Source: Oikopleura dioica (lineage: Eukaryota; Animalia; Chordata). Taken from it: a stretch of 64,000 bases of DNA. The notes beneath the pieces were generated by a model. It saw only the letters and a program-made list of their open reading frames with translations, ran no database searches and was not told the origin of the DNA. The translations under genes were made by a program, and so were the position numbers. This document shows, piece by piece, positions 48,701-62,984 of the stretch (its first letter is position 1; every line of letters begins with the position of its first letter). The stretch spans positions 12,152,001-12,216,000 of the forward strand of contig OU015567.1 of assembly GCA_907165135.1 (NCBI GenBank). Direction: 5' to 3'.

Positions 48701-49143
48701 GAGACGTTTCTCGTGTGCCGGCCGACGTTTTCGAGATACGGGCCGGACAGCTGGGCAATGGCGTTTTTGGTCTCTTTTAAATCTGCGAGAACTCTTGCGT
48801 ACAGAAATCGAAGTTTTGGCGACTTGAGTTGCGTAGATTCCAAAAACTCACGACACAACCATTTGTTATTCATCAAATAGTGGCAATTTGCGATCTTGAA
48901 AAAGTAATAAGATTGAAAAACGGTTGAAAGACTCACCTGCCAAGCTTCCTCTGGGCCAGGATTGTCGGCAAAAAGGCGCTCCGCCATAATAAGCGCATCG
49001 TCGTATTGGTAGTGCTCCACGGCATGTCTAATGGCGCCATGAACAGGTTCAATCTATCATTGTTCAATTACAGTTAGAAACGAAAAAAGGCTTACCGTTG
49101 TCGTGTACGAGAGAGGAACGCCATTTAACACCGCCGTCGACAT
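39701..49143 (-). CDS. CDC27: APC/C subunit CDC27 (APC3), TPR protein; last intron 40145-46718 holds a transposon
   Basis: EPVHGAIRHAVEHYQYDDALIMAERL; TGWVLNEIARTY..EPYRVVGMEFY; PETMCILGN; YAFHLLGHEY; last exon ALQFDPTQANALFMKA..QLDPKG. All align with remembered CDC27 motifs. Confidence 0.93.
40503..40516 (+). promoter_or_regulatory. CTCF-consensus-like motif
   Basis: CCGCCAGGGGGCGC matches the remembered CTCF core; motif match only. Confidence 0.35.
41475..45358. repeat. Tandem array of ~70 copies of a 55-56 bp unit (GACGGCCCTTCGGGCCGTTTCAGCCCCGTTCCTTCATTTTTGAATTTAAGGGGCTT)
   Basis: Read directly. The only variants I saw are G3/G4 and T4/T5 homopolymer lengths. Confidence 0.98.
45690..45900 (-). 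pseudogene. UVSSA: UVSSA-like C-terminal zinc-finger fragment inside the hAT-like element
   Basis: APMPNGKLCSRMDAEKCPYHWVIVDRD versus remembered UVSSA [27 protein letters not shown]; 49-nt GT-AG intron 45811-45859 retained. Confidence 0.6.
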
Positions 49144-49424
49144 ACCAGACGGTGAACTTTCTCGTTTTCGCTTCACTTTCCCAACTCTGAAGAGGAAAAA
49201 TATTTAATAATATTTAAAGATTCTCTTCTTGTCTAGAATCTCCGTGGCGGTGCATCTTTTGAAAATAAAAGCTTCAACAAATAAAGGAGAAATTGAGGCA
49301 GCTTATAATTTGAAACTGTGAAACAGAAAAGCTGATTTTTAATAGATGCTGTCCGTCCAACAATCACAATACGCGTGGTTTTCGGGTCGGGCGAGCCGTT
49401 GGCTAAGATCCAGGAGGAGATCTC

Positions 49425-51223
49425 TCAGGGGATAACCAGCGCGACACTATGATCATATCCGAGACACAAGTCAAGAATCGTCTTTTCACCGACACCTCTC
49501 GTTACTTTCCACGGAAATGGTTGGTTTTGCTAAAATTGTTTCAATGAACAAACGAAATAGTCCCTTTTCTACCTTCGCCGACGCTTCCTGATAAATACCA
49601 ATACAATTGCTCCTCCCTTGCCCCCAATTAAACAACTCTCCTGTCTCCGTTAGAACCCCGAAAGTCTTATCCCCGGCAAAAACTGCCACTGGCTTTGATC
49701 GACCAAAAAACTGCTGGTCAATTTTCACTGGCAAAGGAGAAGTTTGCGCAGTCATTGCTCCCGAGTGCCCAAGCAGGCCGGTGCCAAAAGTGTACACGCT
49801 CCCTTTCGCCGTTAGAATAATTGCCGCCTGTGTTCCAGCCGCGATTCCAATTGGCTTTGAGTCAAGCTGCTTTGCGACGAGTGAAAGTGAAATCGGTTTT
49901 GTAACAGCTCCGTCGGTGGTGAAAGATCCGAAAATTCCTCCCGAGTTCTCGCCCCAGCCCCAAATGTTCCCAAACAAATCGACTCCTAAATTGAAATCTC
50001 CTCTCGTCGAAAGCTGCGTTAGTGGCGGTACATTAACAATCGAGGGTGCAAGTCTGTCGCTGAAATCGCCAACGCCTAGTTGCCCACTCTCGTTGAGTCC
50101 AAAGCTGAAAATGCGCCAACCAAGCTCGGGCTTCGTCGCCACGTTTTTCGAAAAGACAAGGGTGTGGTTCTCGCCACAGAAGACCTGTTTCGGGCTGTAT
50201 TTTTTTAGAAATTTTTATGAAAGTACTGAAGAGAAACGACCGTTCCTTTACTGGGTTCCAAACTGTTTCAAACTTTTTATTGAAGAATTTTTGAGTATGA
50301 ATAACTTGTTGAAAGCTGTGAAACTCGTGTCCACATTGACCAAAATCGTTATTACCTAGCATAACTAGTAAATTCGGATACTGCGTGACCCTGGAAATAT
50401 TTTCTTGTGGATCGCCGAAGGGATCGTACTCTTCATGACAGAAAACGACCGCAGAATGGCCACCGCCAGATGAAATGTGGCTCGGTCGATAGATATTTGG
50501 TATTCCAAGAGAGGAAAAATCTATTTCGCGAAAAGCTGCGAGAACTTCTTCTTGAATTTCGTCTTCTTCTTGCTCCCCTGTTATTCTGAATCCTCGCTCG
50601 TCGAACTGATTCTTGAGAATATTCCCGTCCATATCACGTGGCGCTGAAACGGTCACATGCTTTCCAAGCTGATTGAAATGATTAAGACCAGAGGCGAAGA
50701 CTCTCCAATCTCTTCTTCCAACTTGTACTCCTCTTCGCCATCCAATCGCCAGGCTATTTTGCCGCCCAGCCGCGATATTGGTAAACTGATAAGGCTTTGT
50801 TTTACGGCCACTTGCTCCAAACGCATTTTCGAATTTTTCTATCTCTCTTGGAACATCTTCGGCGGAGACGAGTTTAAATTGTTGATGCCATTCGTGATTG
50901 CTATCAGCGAGTTTCTTTTGATTTTCTTGAAAACTTGAGCCAAGAGTGTTGTCAACTGGTATTTTTCGAACATCCCTTAGAATGCCACACTGTCCGAATT
51001 GATTAGACCCAACTGTATGAACCTCAACTGGCGCTAGATTACTCTCTCGCGCTTTCAAAATGTCTGCGTGGCGACCTTGATGGAATTTCTCCGGCGAAGC
51101 AGTTTTCTTCACGAAGCCATCATCAACTGGAGGCAAAAATTCATCGTTCATGATTTCAAACGGGTATTTCAGATAAAAGCCCCTTCGAAAATGCATCGCC
51201 CCTGTTTTACAAGCCCGAATCAT
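49425..51223 (-). CDS. RCC1L: RCC1-like repeat protein, probably RCC1L/WBSCR16
   Basis: Repeated G.N..GQ.G RCC1 blades; spliced C-terminus QPFPWKV..LCLGYDHSVAL resembles RCC1L QYFPWRV..CGVDHMV. Confidence 0.7.
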
Positions 51224-51897
51224 TCTAGCGCTTGAGTGAAAAAATTAGACAAATTATCATCCTATATGAAGATTTTTAATATCAATTAGTTGACATGAAT
51301 CGTGAAGATTTCAGCGGAAAAAGGAGGAAAATCAGATGATTGCTGTTGGACGGTAACAGTTACAAGTTTATTGCTACAAAAAGACGAGTTAAATTTTCTC
51401 CAGTATTTTAACGGTGATGAAAAATACGTGTATTATGATCGGTGTGATTTTTTTCTATTCGAAGAGGAGAGATGTTGGTAATTTACAGATCAGATGGAAA
51501 AATCCGAAGATTCAAGATTGAATATGTTGCTAAATATGATGATAGATCAGTTGAGTCAACTGTTATGTTTATAAATAATATTGCATTAGAACATTGGAAC
51601 ATGATTTTTAGTCTCAAATCAATCGAAAGCCAAGTGAGATAGCGAGATAAAATTATATTTCTTCAGCCTTGATGATTCAGTGTAAGATTGTTGTTGAATT
51701 ACTGTTTTATAGAAGGTGCAATTCGTTAGATACTGGTGGATATTGTTGGTGGTAGTTTCTTAGTCTGCTTCTGATGGAGATTTTGGGAGTTACAAGATGC
51801 AACCGATGAAGAATCCTGATCCTGGCTATCCAAACAAACGTAACTCGGATTAAAAAAAACAGAGAAATAGATTTATTGAAAAATATAAAAACGAGGA

Positions 51898-52899
51898 TTA
51901 CATAATGATTATTGCTAAAGCCAGGCCTATCATGAAGGCGACAAAGCACCAGATGATTATTTGTTTCTGTCTTGCTTGAACATCCTCTTCCGATGAATCC
52001 GGAGCCGTGCTAGAGAATGATAATAAGGAGAGCAGGCGATTTCGGTGTACCTGGAGAGCGCTCGGATTTTGTTATTGGCTTCTTCAAGCGCCGCCCTGAG
52101 TCGTTTGATTTCTTCTGCGTCGCGTGGACTGCTAGAACTTGTGCTGGCTGTTCGCGAAGCCGGCTTGGAAGGAGATTTCTCTGGAGTTGCTGCAGCGAGT
52201 TTCTGCTGATGCTGATGGAGGTTTTCTTCTGGAACTTCTCGTACAACGGATTCTTGCGAGACGGGCTCATCTTTGACCTGAATCTTTAAATTAGCCTTTG
52301 CGCGTTTTGAAATAATGATCGCACCTCTTCTTTGACGGGAGAGGACTCAATCTTTTCCTCCACAGGTTTTGTGCTATCTTCCATTCTCACAAACTCACAA
52401 GCGAGCTTTGTATCTGCAGATGGAAGGTACTCTTTGTTACTCCAATCCTTCATCTGCTCTTCTTTTGGCTTGTCCGCGAATTCCATCGGTACTTAGAGAT
52501 TTTTAAAACATAAGCTCGATTTTTCGTTGCCTACCGATAATTGACTGGACCTGAAACTTGTGTTTTTCGTCTGTTGGACCGGGCTGGAGCATCACCACGA
52601 TTTCTTCTTCGCCAGAAGGGCGAACAAAGCCGAAATTTGGCCGAACACAGTATCTGCAAAAATTTATGATAATAATTCTGGATATCATAAAAAAATTACC
52701 GTTTAGGTGCTGTTGTCTTTATCTTGTAAGAGATCATTTTGTCGGTGGGATTCTTCAGCGATATTTTTGATGTAGAAACCCTGAATAATAGTTTTATGAA
52801 TCGTCAAGAAGGAAAAAAATCATACGCGTCGAAGGGTGGTCTGAAGCTTAGCTTATCCGATGGGCTCAGAATGAGAGGTTGCTCCCGTTTCACGCTCAT
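51898..52899 (-). CDS. VAPA: VAMP-associated protein (MSP domain, coiled coil, C-terminal TM)
   Basis: [33 protein letters not shown]; tail anchor IIIWCFVAFMIGLALAIIIM*. Confidence 0.92.
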
Positions 52900-52976
52900 A
52901 CTCTCCGCTATTCTAAAAGAAGACAATTATTAGATTTAGTTCAATTTTCAGTGATATGAGTTGAGGAAAGGTTTTA

Positions 52977-54158
52977 TTAAGTTTCATGAATTAATTCCGC
53001 TAGTTGATCGAGGAAACGCTCTTTTGCATAACGCTGGTCGTAAGCTCTATCAATGATTGAGAAATTGTATTCATTGAAAAATTTTCGAGGAAACATTTTC
53101 TTTCTTTTTCTAACTATTAAAAACTAGTTGAGTTTCTCAAGCATTTCCTGTCATACCAATAGTTCACCGCTATCGTTTTGTCATCTTGGTGAACTTGATG
53201 GAACCAGCCTGCAGGGAGATAGAGAGTTTCCCCTGGATTTACTTCGACTACAATTGGTTCAGAGGCAACTCCATTCACGCCGTTCTCAATCCATTTCACA
53301 AAGTCGATTCCCTTTTCACTCTTCCTCTCCCACTTTCGTAATGACTGGTTGAAATGACATCGAACAACCGGGAACTCTTTGTAAATAATTTTCCCGCGAG
53401 AAGTTGGTGGGAACAGCTTGAAAATTTTCTTTCCGCGAATAACAGTGTAAATGTTTTCGTACGGATCTCGATGAAGGGATGACACTGAAGCTTTGCCACC
53501 TACCCAGATGTTGATCGCATCAGGAGACGCTCCTGGTAGACGGGATCATCAGAATTATTCTACAAAAGTCTGCTAAATTTAGAAAATGAACCCGGAACTC
53601 GAAAGCGGCAGTGGCGAATTCGATTTCGTCTGGAACGTCCTTCGCCAGCTTAGGGTAGTCTTCAGTCAAACAGCTGTTCTGCCGCTGCAAGTAGTAAATT
53701 CCCCCGTCTTCTGGCTGTTTCTTCCCTTCGATAACATCGGCAAAGAATGAGAACTTGACCTTTCGCTCTTCAGGAAGTTGGAATTTTCCGTCTACAACTG
53801 CATCCGCCAGCCCATCCGGCACTTAGAATATCGTTAAGAGCTAAGAAACGAGACAGTTCAATCGACCTACAGATATTTGGCAAATGTCGTCACCTAAAAT
53901 CTGACGCAAGTAATCCAGACTCCATCGTTCCGATGCTTTCCAGTTTCGACTTAGTCCTTGAATTATTACCGGACGGTTCGGAGCTACGTACTCGCGGTGG
54001 AAGGCGAGCGGACAAACAGGCATTCTAGAGAGGAGCTTAGAAATCGAGCAAGGTACGGTTAGTTACTGTAGCCGCCCGACAGAGCCAACAAAAATCCGAC
54101 TTTCTTCTTCTAATTCCTCAAACAACTCGTTTACTCGCGGGAGCGTCAAATCATTCAT
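52977..54158 (-). CDS. JMJD7: JmjC-domain hydroxylase JMJD7
   Basis: PNRPVII, PDGLADAV, SLHRDPYENIY, LYLPAGWFHQV, AVNYWYD; last exon joined through GA-AG intron 53047-53147. Confidence 0.92.
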
Positions 54159-55989
54159 CCTGATCGTTCTTCAAAAATGAATTTAATCAACCAAAGATAG
54201 TTAATATTTATGAAAGAATAATATTTTGAAAAGGAAGTTTGAACTTGAAGACATCGCATTTTCGGGAAAGCAGAAACGTAAAGAGAGAATTTAAGGTAAC
54301 ATCTGTGTTTGAATGGAATTGTTCGTTTGATTTTTAGTTTGTCTGGACACATTTTGTTTGCGAGTTTAGCGCACAGTGGCTAAGAAGCGTTCTGGAGGGT
54401 GCTGTTGGCGTCTGATGAGCAGTTTTCGGAAATGAATCGTTCGCGCTCTTCTGGGACTTGCGAAGACAAACCCTCCATCTTTTAATTAAAAAAATTTTTA
54501 AAACATTCACATTGAATATTATCTAATAGATCTATCGATTTGAATATTGCGAAATATTAACCTTGAGAATCTTTTCCGAAAATGTTGTAAACTGCTGAAG
54601 ACTCAGCGAATTATGAAGCGTCTCGAGCGGGCGAATATTTGGCACTCTGTTGTATCCCTCCACGGCTGAATAACTTTTTAGCACAGCCGAATTTAATGAT
54701 TATAGAAGACTTCATGTATCACAATCACGAAACCATATTGAACATCAAAAGTTAAACTTTTAAAAGCACAAGCATGCAAAAACGCAAAATTTCAGAAGAT
54801 ATTTTTACTTGACGAGCGTTTAGTGTTACTACTGGTAAGAGTCGGCGGATCTCCGGTTGTATCCGATTTGCTGCGCCCTTTTCCTACATAATTATAATCA
54901 AAAAAGCTTCTAGCGAAATCGTTTAACTTTGTTTTCTTTTCATTTTTGATAGAAAGACTGTTTTTTCATAGATAAAGATTTGTTTACTATGGTAATTATT
55001 AGTAGAGGAACGCTCAAATGATTGAATGATTGGTAAAAAACTGCTAAATGAGAACTAAATCCAGCATAAAACTGAATCCAGGGGAGTTAAATGGAACGGA
55101 AGATGATAAATGTGAAGTTTCTCCGCCCGCGAGGATTCTCGCGAAGGAGAATAAGTGAATTTTCGCAACATTGAAAATTACCGTCTTCGTCGTCGCTTTG
55201 CGTCAAGTTGGGGAGGGAACCGAACTTGCCCTGGATTTCCGAGGGAAAAAGGAAATTCGTTCGACTTTGGCAAGGGTGGACAACTGTCTTGTATTTACAC
55301 CGGATTTATGTTGTGATGCCTACTGAAGTTCTAGCTCTATTCTACTCATATTACACTATTTCTATCGCAAATAATGCTTTACACCTTGATTCGCTTATTT
55401 AGTGAAAGAATGGAGTGAGTTTGAAAATGGGTCACCAAATGAGTTTACCCTGCGAAGCAAAGGGATCTCTGACAGAGTGGCTCTGTCTGGAAAGCGAGAT
55501 CGCTCGCCGTCTAAGTGGCGCTACTCGTTCTAAGTTGCTGCTGACAAAATGGAATTGGAAATTCTCGTCGTTTGAAATTGATCGGGAAATCTGTTGGTTT
55601 GCACCCTTGGAACTGAATAGACCTAAAAACTGGCTCAAGCAAATTAGAGTTATATTTTTGACACCTTCTTTTTCGACTTTCCGCAATACTTTTTTGAGAA
55701 AAGCCAAAAAAGAAAGGTGCAAAAATTGATAAATGATTATAAAAGAGACATTCACTATGCAAACTTTGATAATAGAGGAACGATCATAAATGCAAAAGAT
55801 AATTGGATAAATGGGTTTTTGTTTGATAAGTGGGGATAAATAGTTACTTAGACTTAGATTCTACCTTCGACGTTCCCTTGGAGTCGAAGTCTCAGAATGT
55901 TTTCGGCTAATGGAAAACGGGACGAACTCATATCTGTCTCTATGAAAATGCATAGATATACGCTTATCTAGTCTGAAAAGGGTCGAATT

Positions 55990-58900
55990 ACCTAGTCCAG
56001 CGGTTCGGCGGTGGATTGGTGAAGCCTTGGTCTGTTCTTCGTTTGAAGATGGATGAGGGGCAGATCTTAGAAAAGAATCACAAATAGAGAGACGACTCGT
56101 AAGGTCGAATTCTTACTTGTATTTCTTGCTTGTTTTCAGGAATCTTCTGACCTTCTCGTTGGGAATATCGGCAAGCTCCTCGTCCGAGGCCGTGTTTCGT
56201 TCGTTGGCGTCTATTTTTGCTTCCTGAAACAACGTGAGCCCACAAAAAAGGCATCAACAATTCATTCAAGCTGCTTTTCTGCTTTTGCTGATAACGCCAA
56301 AAAGGAAAAGTAGCTAGTAAGTCTAATTGATGGACTTCTAAGTTAATGATTGTGGCCTAAAGGAATCTCATACCGGCTCAGTCGGGAACGTAGGAGAACC
56401 ACAAAGATCTCTTGAGCGCGATTCCAGTCCTCGCTAGATAACAAAACTTTTAATTTTCATTTTAGCAATTACTTCTTGATTGTAAATTAATCATGATAAG
56501 TGTATGTGCGTTTGTGTGTCGAGCAGGCTTCACTTTTAATTCGCGAAAATATGATTGAAATCAACAAAGAGAAGTGAAAATTCCAAATCAAGGAGAAAAT
56601 AATCCAGCTTTAATTTTGAGCATCATGCTAATTTCATAATTTTTGGCGAAAAGTACTTTCAGCCTTTTAGCGTGCGCTACGAAAGGTGCCAAATCTACTC
56701 TTTTGGATCATACCCTCCTACTACTCGATGATCGCATTTTGCACTAAAGGTTAGGGATATTATTCAAGCTAAAAACTCCTAGGCGAGTGATCGTTTTTAA
56801 GAATACTGCGCGAGAGTATTTTGAAATGATTTACTGCTGATTGTCATGGGCCACCCAAATGTGTGATTATAAAACTTATGCTAGGCTACTATTACCAGGG
56901 TAGGCTCTCGGATCTCTTTAGACATCTGAAACATGAAATAAGAAGATTAGTTGGCGCAGAATTTCACTGGTTAAGCAGAATAAAGATAACAATTACCTCG
57001 GGAAGCCGAACTTCTATCGATGGATCTGTTGGAGAGCATTCTTCTGTTCGAGGAGGAGAGACCTAAAATTTGTTAGATGGCGGTCTTTTGCTCGAAAAAA
57101 CGGTTCAAAACATAGAAAATAATAGCTCATTAAACAGCCTAGAGTGGAAATTATGCATCAATTTCCAGCGACAAAACGCACTCAAGAAAACTTGAACTAT
57201 CCCAAAAAGTTTAAAATCAAGAAGAGCTACCAATAATTGTGGACTATTAGAGAGACTGCGAGTGTCGCGAGAAAACGACTGCGATCGCAGTTTCTTCACT
57301 CTCTTAACTTCAGTAGAAATAAGCTGATGGTATCTTTCAACCTCCTAAAACACAGATGAAAACGACTTCTCGAAGTTTTCTTTAAAAAAGAACGGTTAAT
57401 AATGATAATTACATCGCGACTGTTGGGCTTGGAAACAGGACGGAAGCCACCACCGGCAGGGAAATTCGCATCATCCTTGAACATCGGTTAAAATTAATAT
57501 AAATGATTAAACATACTTTATGAGATTTGGCGCCAGGGCTGAAGTGCAACTCAATATGATATCGCTCGTCAGAATCTGCCGGCTTTGTTGGATCTTCGTA
57601 CAGCATGATGACAATTTGAGTCATGTAGTTGAGCTCGGATACACGGGAGATGTAATCCAACGCACGCTGCCATTGATCATCATCGACGTTGCACAAGCCG
57701 CCATATCGAATCAAGGTTAACAGCGAATGGATGTGACTTTCAGAGGTAAAATACAATCTGGTTCGGACATGACGGCCTTAAGAATTGTTAAACAGTTCTT
57801 CTTTCAAAAAGTACCTGGGGAAAGAACATTACTGACAAAACTGGGATCGAGCTTTGTCAACTGTTCCTCTGGGTTGTCAATATTGGCCCGCAAATCTGCC
57901 AAAATCTTCCGTAGAAGCGGGACGCAATAACCATGTGAAATGTTCAGCTTCTCATCTTCCTCAATTCCATACTCTTGAGGAATAACGATGTCGGCGACGA
58001 TCTTCGACGTCTCATAAAGTTCATCGATGATTGGCGATTTGAGGCAAGTATTGTGTTGCGCGTCGTACTTGATGCTGTCGTAGATATCCGGAATTTTAGA
58101 AACGTCGAATTCGCCAGTTTTATGATGCTTGAAATCGCGCTGTAGTTTGCGCCATCGTTCGAGCATCAAACTGATGTCTTCGTTTTGATAGAGTTTCAAC
58201 TTTTCTCCGGAAGTTTCGTGCTCTTCGCTGAGTTCTTCGATGTAGACAATGAGGTTTTCCACAAGTCCGTGGAGCTTATGAAGCCAAGCTAGTGGATTTT
58301 CGGGTATTTTTGAAAGCGAGTTCTTCATCGAAATCGAATTTGTCGGAATCATCCGGTTGATGAACTCGTCTGTACTTGGAGTATCCGTTGATCGGAGCAT
58401 GTCGTGGAGTCGCTTTTTCACCCTGGGAGAAAGTAAAGAACCGTGATTGGTAACTAAAGACAGTAAGAGATCTCAAATTTTGAGACTCAAAAGCAAATGG
58501 TAAGTCCGGGCGGTTGTACAACTTGCAGTAAAGTAAATTCACGAAAATAGATTTTTTGAGAAAAAGGGTGCTTCGAACTTTTTGCAATCGTGAATTTATT
58601 GAACACGAAAACATCAATAGTAAATATATATATCCATTTGCACAAATAATGGAACTTATTAAAATTCTCGTCATGTCACACGATTAATAATCTCAAACGC
58701 TCGGTCTTACGCTAGTTGGGCGACGCTTACTGCGAAATCTTCTTCGCTGTCAAGGCAAAACTCCTCTTTTTGAGGTCTATTGGAATTATCGATTAACTAT
58801 CAGTTCCTGGCTCAGACTGTTCAACTGTCATTTCCAGAGTAATAGCTGATTGTAAGTCATTTGACTGATGTTTTTATTTAAAATGGCAGTTGACAGATAA

Positions 58901-61658
58901 GAGACAATTAATTGAGATTCATGAAATCTTCATGCAATACTTACTCTCCGGAATATTTGTGAAGCTCGTCCGATTCATTGTCCAGCAGACCATTCGTATT
59001 AGCAGACTTGACCATTTGCACAAGAATTGGAGCTAGCTCTCCTTCTAGGGCAAGAAGACCCTTGGCAAAAGCAGCTGCTGTCATTTGAACTCGACCTTCA
59101 TCCGAAGCGTAAATTTTCAGATCGTGACGATATGTCGAATGAAGTCTGAGAAGCCCGCAGCCGGGGAAGCCAGCGTAATCACCTTGGCCACCAGGGTACA
59201 TGCATCTAAAAGCGCGACCAAGTTGCTCAGCCTGGACTTTTCCTGCTGGAGTGAGTTCTCCTCCCCACTTGAGAATTAACTGCAGCGCTCCTGGTTGCTT
59301 CTTTCCAAGAGACTTGAGCTGGATCTTTCTGTTTATTCCCGAAAAGTGACCGTACATCTCCAGCACAACTTTTAATTGCTCCAATTTCGTCATTTTCTCC
59401 TTGATTGGCTCAGTATGCTCTCCTGATTGAAGCTCACTTAGGAGGGTTCGTGCTACGTCCAAAATTTGCTGCAGTTCTTTTGGCTTCTTGAGTTTGATTT
59501 TCCCCAAAGTCGGTCCGTTGTACTTTTTAAAAATATTGAAAAACTCCGGGTGCGAAACCTCCATCTTCATCTTCTGCTTCGGAGTTCTATCGCCGTGTCG
59601 GATGACGGCTACGACGCAACGAAGCTCAAGCATTGTAGAAGCACTTGGAGTCATTCCTGCTTGCACGATTTCAGGAAGCTCCGGATGAAGACCTCTTGGA
59701 ATATTCAACCAGTCGGGTGCTTTTTCCCGGAGAATAATATTACCAAGCATCTTTGCGCAATCATCGTAGTATTTCTGAGAAGTTTTGACAAAACTGAATC
59801 CGTTCACATCGCAAACGTACGATTTTCCATTGGCACGAAGGAGATCAAACCCGCAAACGGTTTGCTTGAAGGCGAGGCATACTTGCCTGGCGATTGCTTT
59901 CTCTTTCGCCGATAAGATGACGGGGTAACGGATTTCTTTGCCTTGGATGTTCAATATTCATCAAATATTTTGCATTACAAAATATTTAAAATATATTATG
60001 AGTACATTAATTGAGCATTTTTCGCGGAAAATTAGCTTAAATTGATAAAAATTGCCACCCTGCCTTTTCCCTCTTTGTCTCGCTCGACTTTTCCGTCTAG
60101 CGCTGGCGATTTTCGAGCTTCTGCGTGAGCATAATCTGGTCCAACAGTGTACACTTTCACGTCAGTTCCATCTGTCGGCATAAAATCTTCATAAATATAC
60201 GAGCCTTCTTTTCGCACTGCCGAGTCCGTACAATACTCGCTCGAACGGTTGAGCACTTTTCTGAAGAGTTTCTGATGCCCGCCACCCGCCGAGCTTGGGT
60301 AGTAAATATTTATGCGGTGGTTCTCCGCCGAAACTGGTTTCTCGACGAATGGCTTTTGAAAGACCTCGCCGTTAATTTCAATGTAGTCGTCGTGTTCTTC
60401 GAATTCAGGGAGGTTCTCGCAATCTGATCTATCACAGACAATGTATCGTGGTGTTTCGATTCCGGCTTCTTTCAGCGTCTGGTAGACTTTTACGCGGTCC
60501 TGGATATCCCACTGCTTCTCTAGGTCATTGATGCAGATGCAGTTCCGCATTTTCGCGTATTCGATTGCTTTTTCCAACGGAAATCCTTTCGAATGAAAGG
60601 AAATCAAGACATCACAGAGAGGCCATTCTTCTACTGGATCGTTTAGGATTTGATTTTCATCGAAAATCTCAATCTTGACGAAGCCAAAAAGAAGCATTCG
60701 CTAAAAAATGAAATGAAACCGATTACCGCGAAACCTAATTAAACCTGGATTATCTCTCCCATCGGCTTCGATTTGGTCTTCTTCGCCATGGCACAGATGC
60801 CGAGCTTAATCGGTGGCGGTCCGTCTTCATCCTCTTCAAATACATCCTCAACTCCGTCGAGATCAACGTTACCCATATAACAAATGGTCTGTCTCCGCGA
60901 AAACGAGTCCCAGTAGCGCTGAAAGAAAATATTGCTTTTTAGAAAATGTCCATTCAAACGTCATCCCAGGTGCTTTTATGAGCCCCGCAGACTGATTTAT
61001 TGCGCCAGAATGATTACAATCTTCCCCTGTAAATAACTACTGCACCTTTATAGTATAAATTATACCGCCCTAAAAGGGGTCCTCTTACACATATAAAGAT
61101 CCTTTATCACCCTTATGAAAACATGTCTTTATTTCAAATTGAAACTCCAAAAGAATAGTTTTCCGTATTATACTTACTACTCAAAAATAATATATTAAAT
61201 AACTGGAGCAAAACAACCTCTTTTGCTCTCACCAATTTAGATCTAGCTCAATAGTATTACGTGCTATCGTGCTAATGACGTCTGGCCTCTATTTTTCCTT
61301 TGCTAGAAAAAGTACCTTGCTTGGACATATCTTGGGTCTTTCTCTAAGTGACAGCTTCGGAAAGCTCTTTCTCATATATTCCTCAGAGGCCAACGTAGAA
61401 AGGCGACAATTTAAAAAGATAAAATGAGAGAAAAATCGACAAGAAATGAACTTTTAATCTGACGAATGTCGTTAAACGAGACGGGTTTTTTCCTTGTAAA
61501 CCCTTTTTATTATTTGTTATTTTTTTCAAAAATGGTCTTTTATGAGTACTTTTATGGAAGATTCCATTGTCGATTGGGGAAAAGTTCATAATCACCTGAG
61601 AGGCGTCTTCTCCCGGAGAATTAATATTTAATGAAGGTCGTCTCCCTCTGAAAGACAT
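55990..61658 (-). CDS. PPIP5K: Diphosphoinositol pentakisphosphate kinase / His-phosphatase (Vip1 family); C-terminal exon ends uncertain
   Basis: [17 protein letters not shown]; [11 protein letters not shown]; [10 protein letters not shown]; [14 protein letters not shown]; LKWGGELT; [15 protein letters not shown]; SKIPDIYD; [12 protein letters not shown]. Confidence 0.96.
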
Positions 61659-62299
61659 GTTTCTCTTTGATTGGGTTCTACTAAAAGAAATTACTGTTAC
61701 TGCCTGCTTGTAACAGCACAAATAATTTCATTTTAGTCATACGAAGAGTCTGGTCTACAATTCATGTGACTTTAGGGGTTGAAAACATTTCTTGAGGTTA
61801 ATTGAACATGATTCTTTCAAAAGCATTAATATTCATTTTGAAACATGCAAATAGGAAAAGATCCTTCATCATTTCTACTATTTCAATAGCGAGAAAACCC
61901 ATCTTTGTATCGTATTTTGTTTCTCTAGGATGCTCCAGAGTTTGAAACAATGGCACTGGGTGTCAACTGAAGGGCAAATCTAGCCAACGCTGGCACGGGA
62001 TTATTTCGCAGATGATAAATTTTAGACTGTTATTTTCTGATTATTCGTTGGTGCTTTAAACCCAGTGCTCTAGTTCTAGTTTCAGTCTGGCGTAATAAAA
62101 TCATAAATTTCCCGGCATAAATTTAGTTTAATTGTTCATGACTTAGAGTTCACAATCTATGGAGGCTCATAAAATAAGAAGGAGAGTTCTATCAATACTA
62201 TCGACTATCGGCAATTTCAGATGGATTTCCATGAATGAAGAGTGTCAATTTTACCAAATACAGAAAGTTCAAATCAAAGATACAGTCAAACAAAAGAGA

Positions 62300-62984
62300 T
62301 CAACTTTGAGCGCTTTCAGGTAAGCCCCCAGTTTGCGATAAGTGCCTGATTAGACAGACCCAGTCGTGTCCTCGTGGCAGCTCTCCATCGACGAGTTTGT
62401 TCGTTGCTCTCGCTTTCTGCCGTTTCGTCAGTTGTTCTTTCTTCTCTTTGACCTTCTTTTCTTTCACTTCAACAGGCTCTTTCACTACTGTCGGGCGTTC
62501 TTTTTGGAATTTTGTTAAATCGTCAATGTTGTCCTTGACTCCTTCGATGAGGGTGTAAATCATGGGGTCTCCTAAATCATCATGGATTTAGCAACTTTTC
62601 AACAACTACTGCCTTGTCTTCAGAGGACAAATCTCTACAGTAATTGATGGAGAGATAGTGTACCTAAGTTTTCTTCTGCTTGATTCTTCAAAAATTCCAA
62701 AATATGTTCCTTCGTCGCATCCGTCAAATGAGTGTTGTAAAAGCTCTCTAGACTGAATTCTGGCGCTTCTTCGGGGTAGTTTTCTCCCCATTTAAAGTCG
62801 ATTTTGACATTTTTACCGGATTCCCTTATCAAATCAAAATCATCACCTCATTCAAACAGTCTTACCCTTCTGGAGTAATTTTATAGCTAAACTCCGTTTC
62901 AGAAACCTTTTCGTAACACTCATCATCTTCAAAAATAGCATCCAAAGCTTCCAGCTCCTCTTCTTGCTGCTCTTTTACCGACAT
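62300..62984 (-). CDS. RWDD4: RWD domain protein 4
   Basis: QEEELEALDAIFE; W..YP..P; MIYTLIE; KEQLTKRQK..GELPRGHDWV..HLSQTG. Confidence 0.88.

Noticed and set aside
49607-50359. 250-aa plus-strand ORF and similar long antisense ORFs (e.g. 59466-59915, 29796-30143, 19137-19625)
   Set aside because: They are shadows of coding sequence on the opposite strand.
54360-54450. tRNA A-box-like TAGCGCACAGTGG and a CTGATGAG motif; similar A-box-like strings near 11960 and 56393
   Set aside because: No B-box, cloverleaf or paired hammerhead stems.
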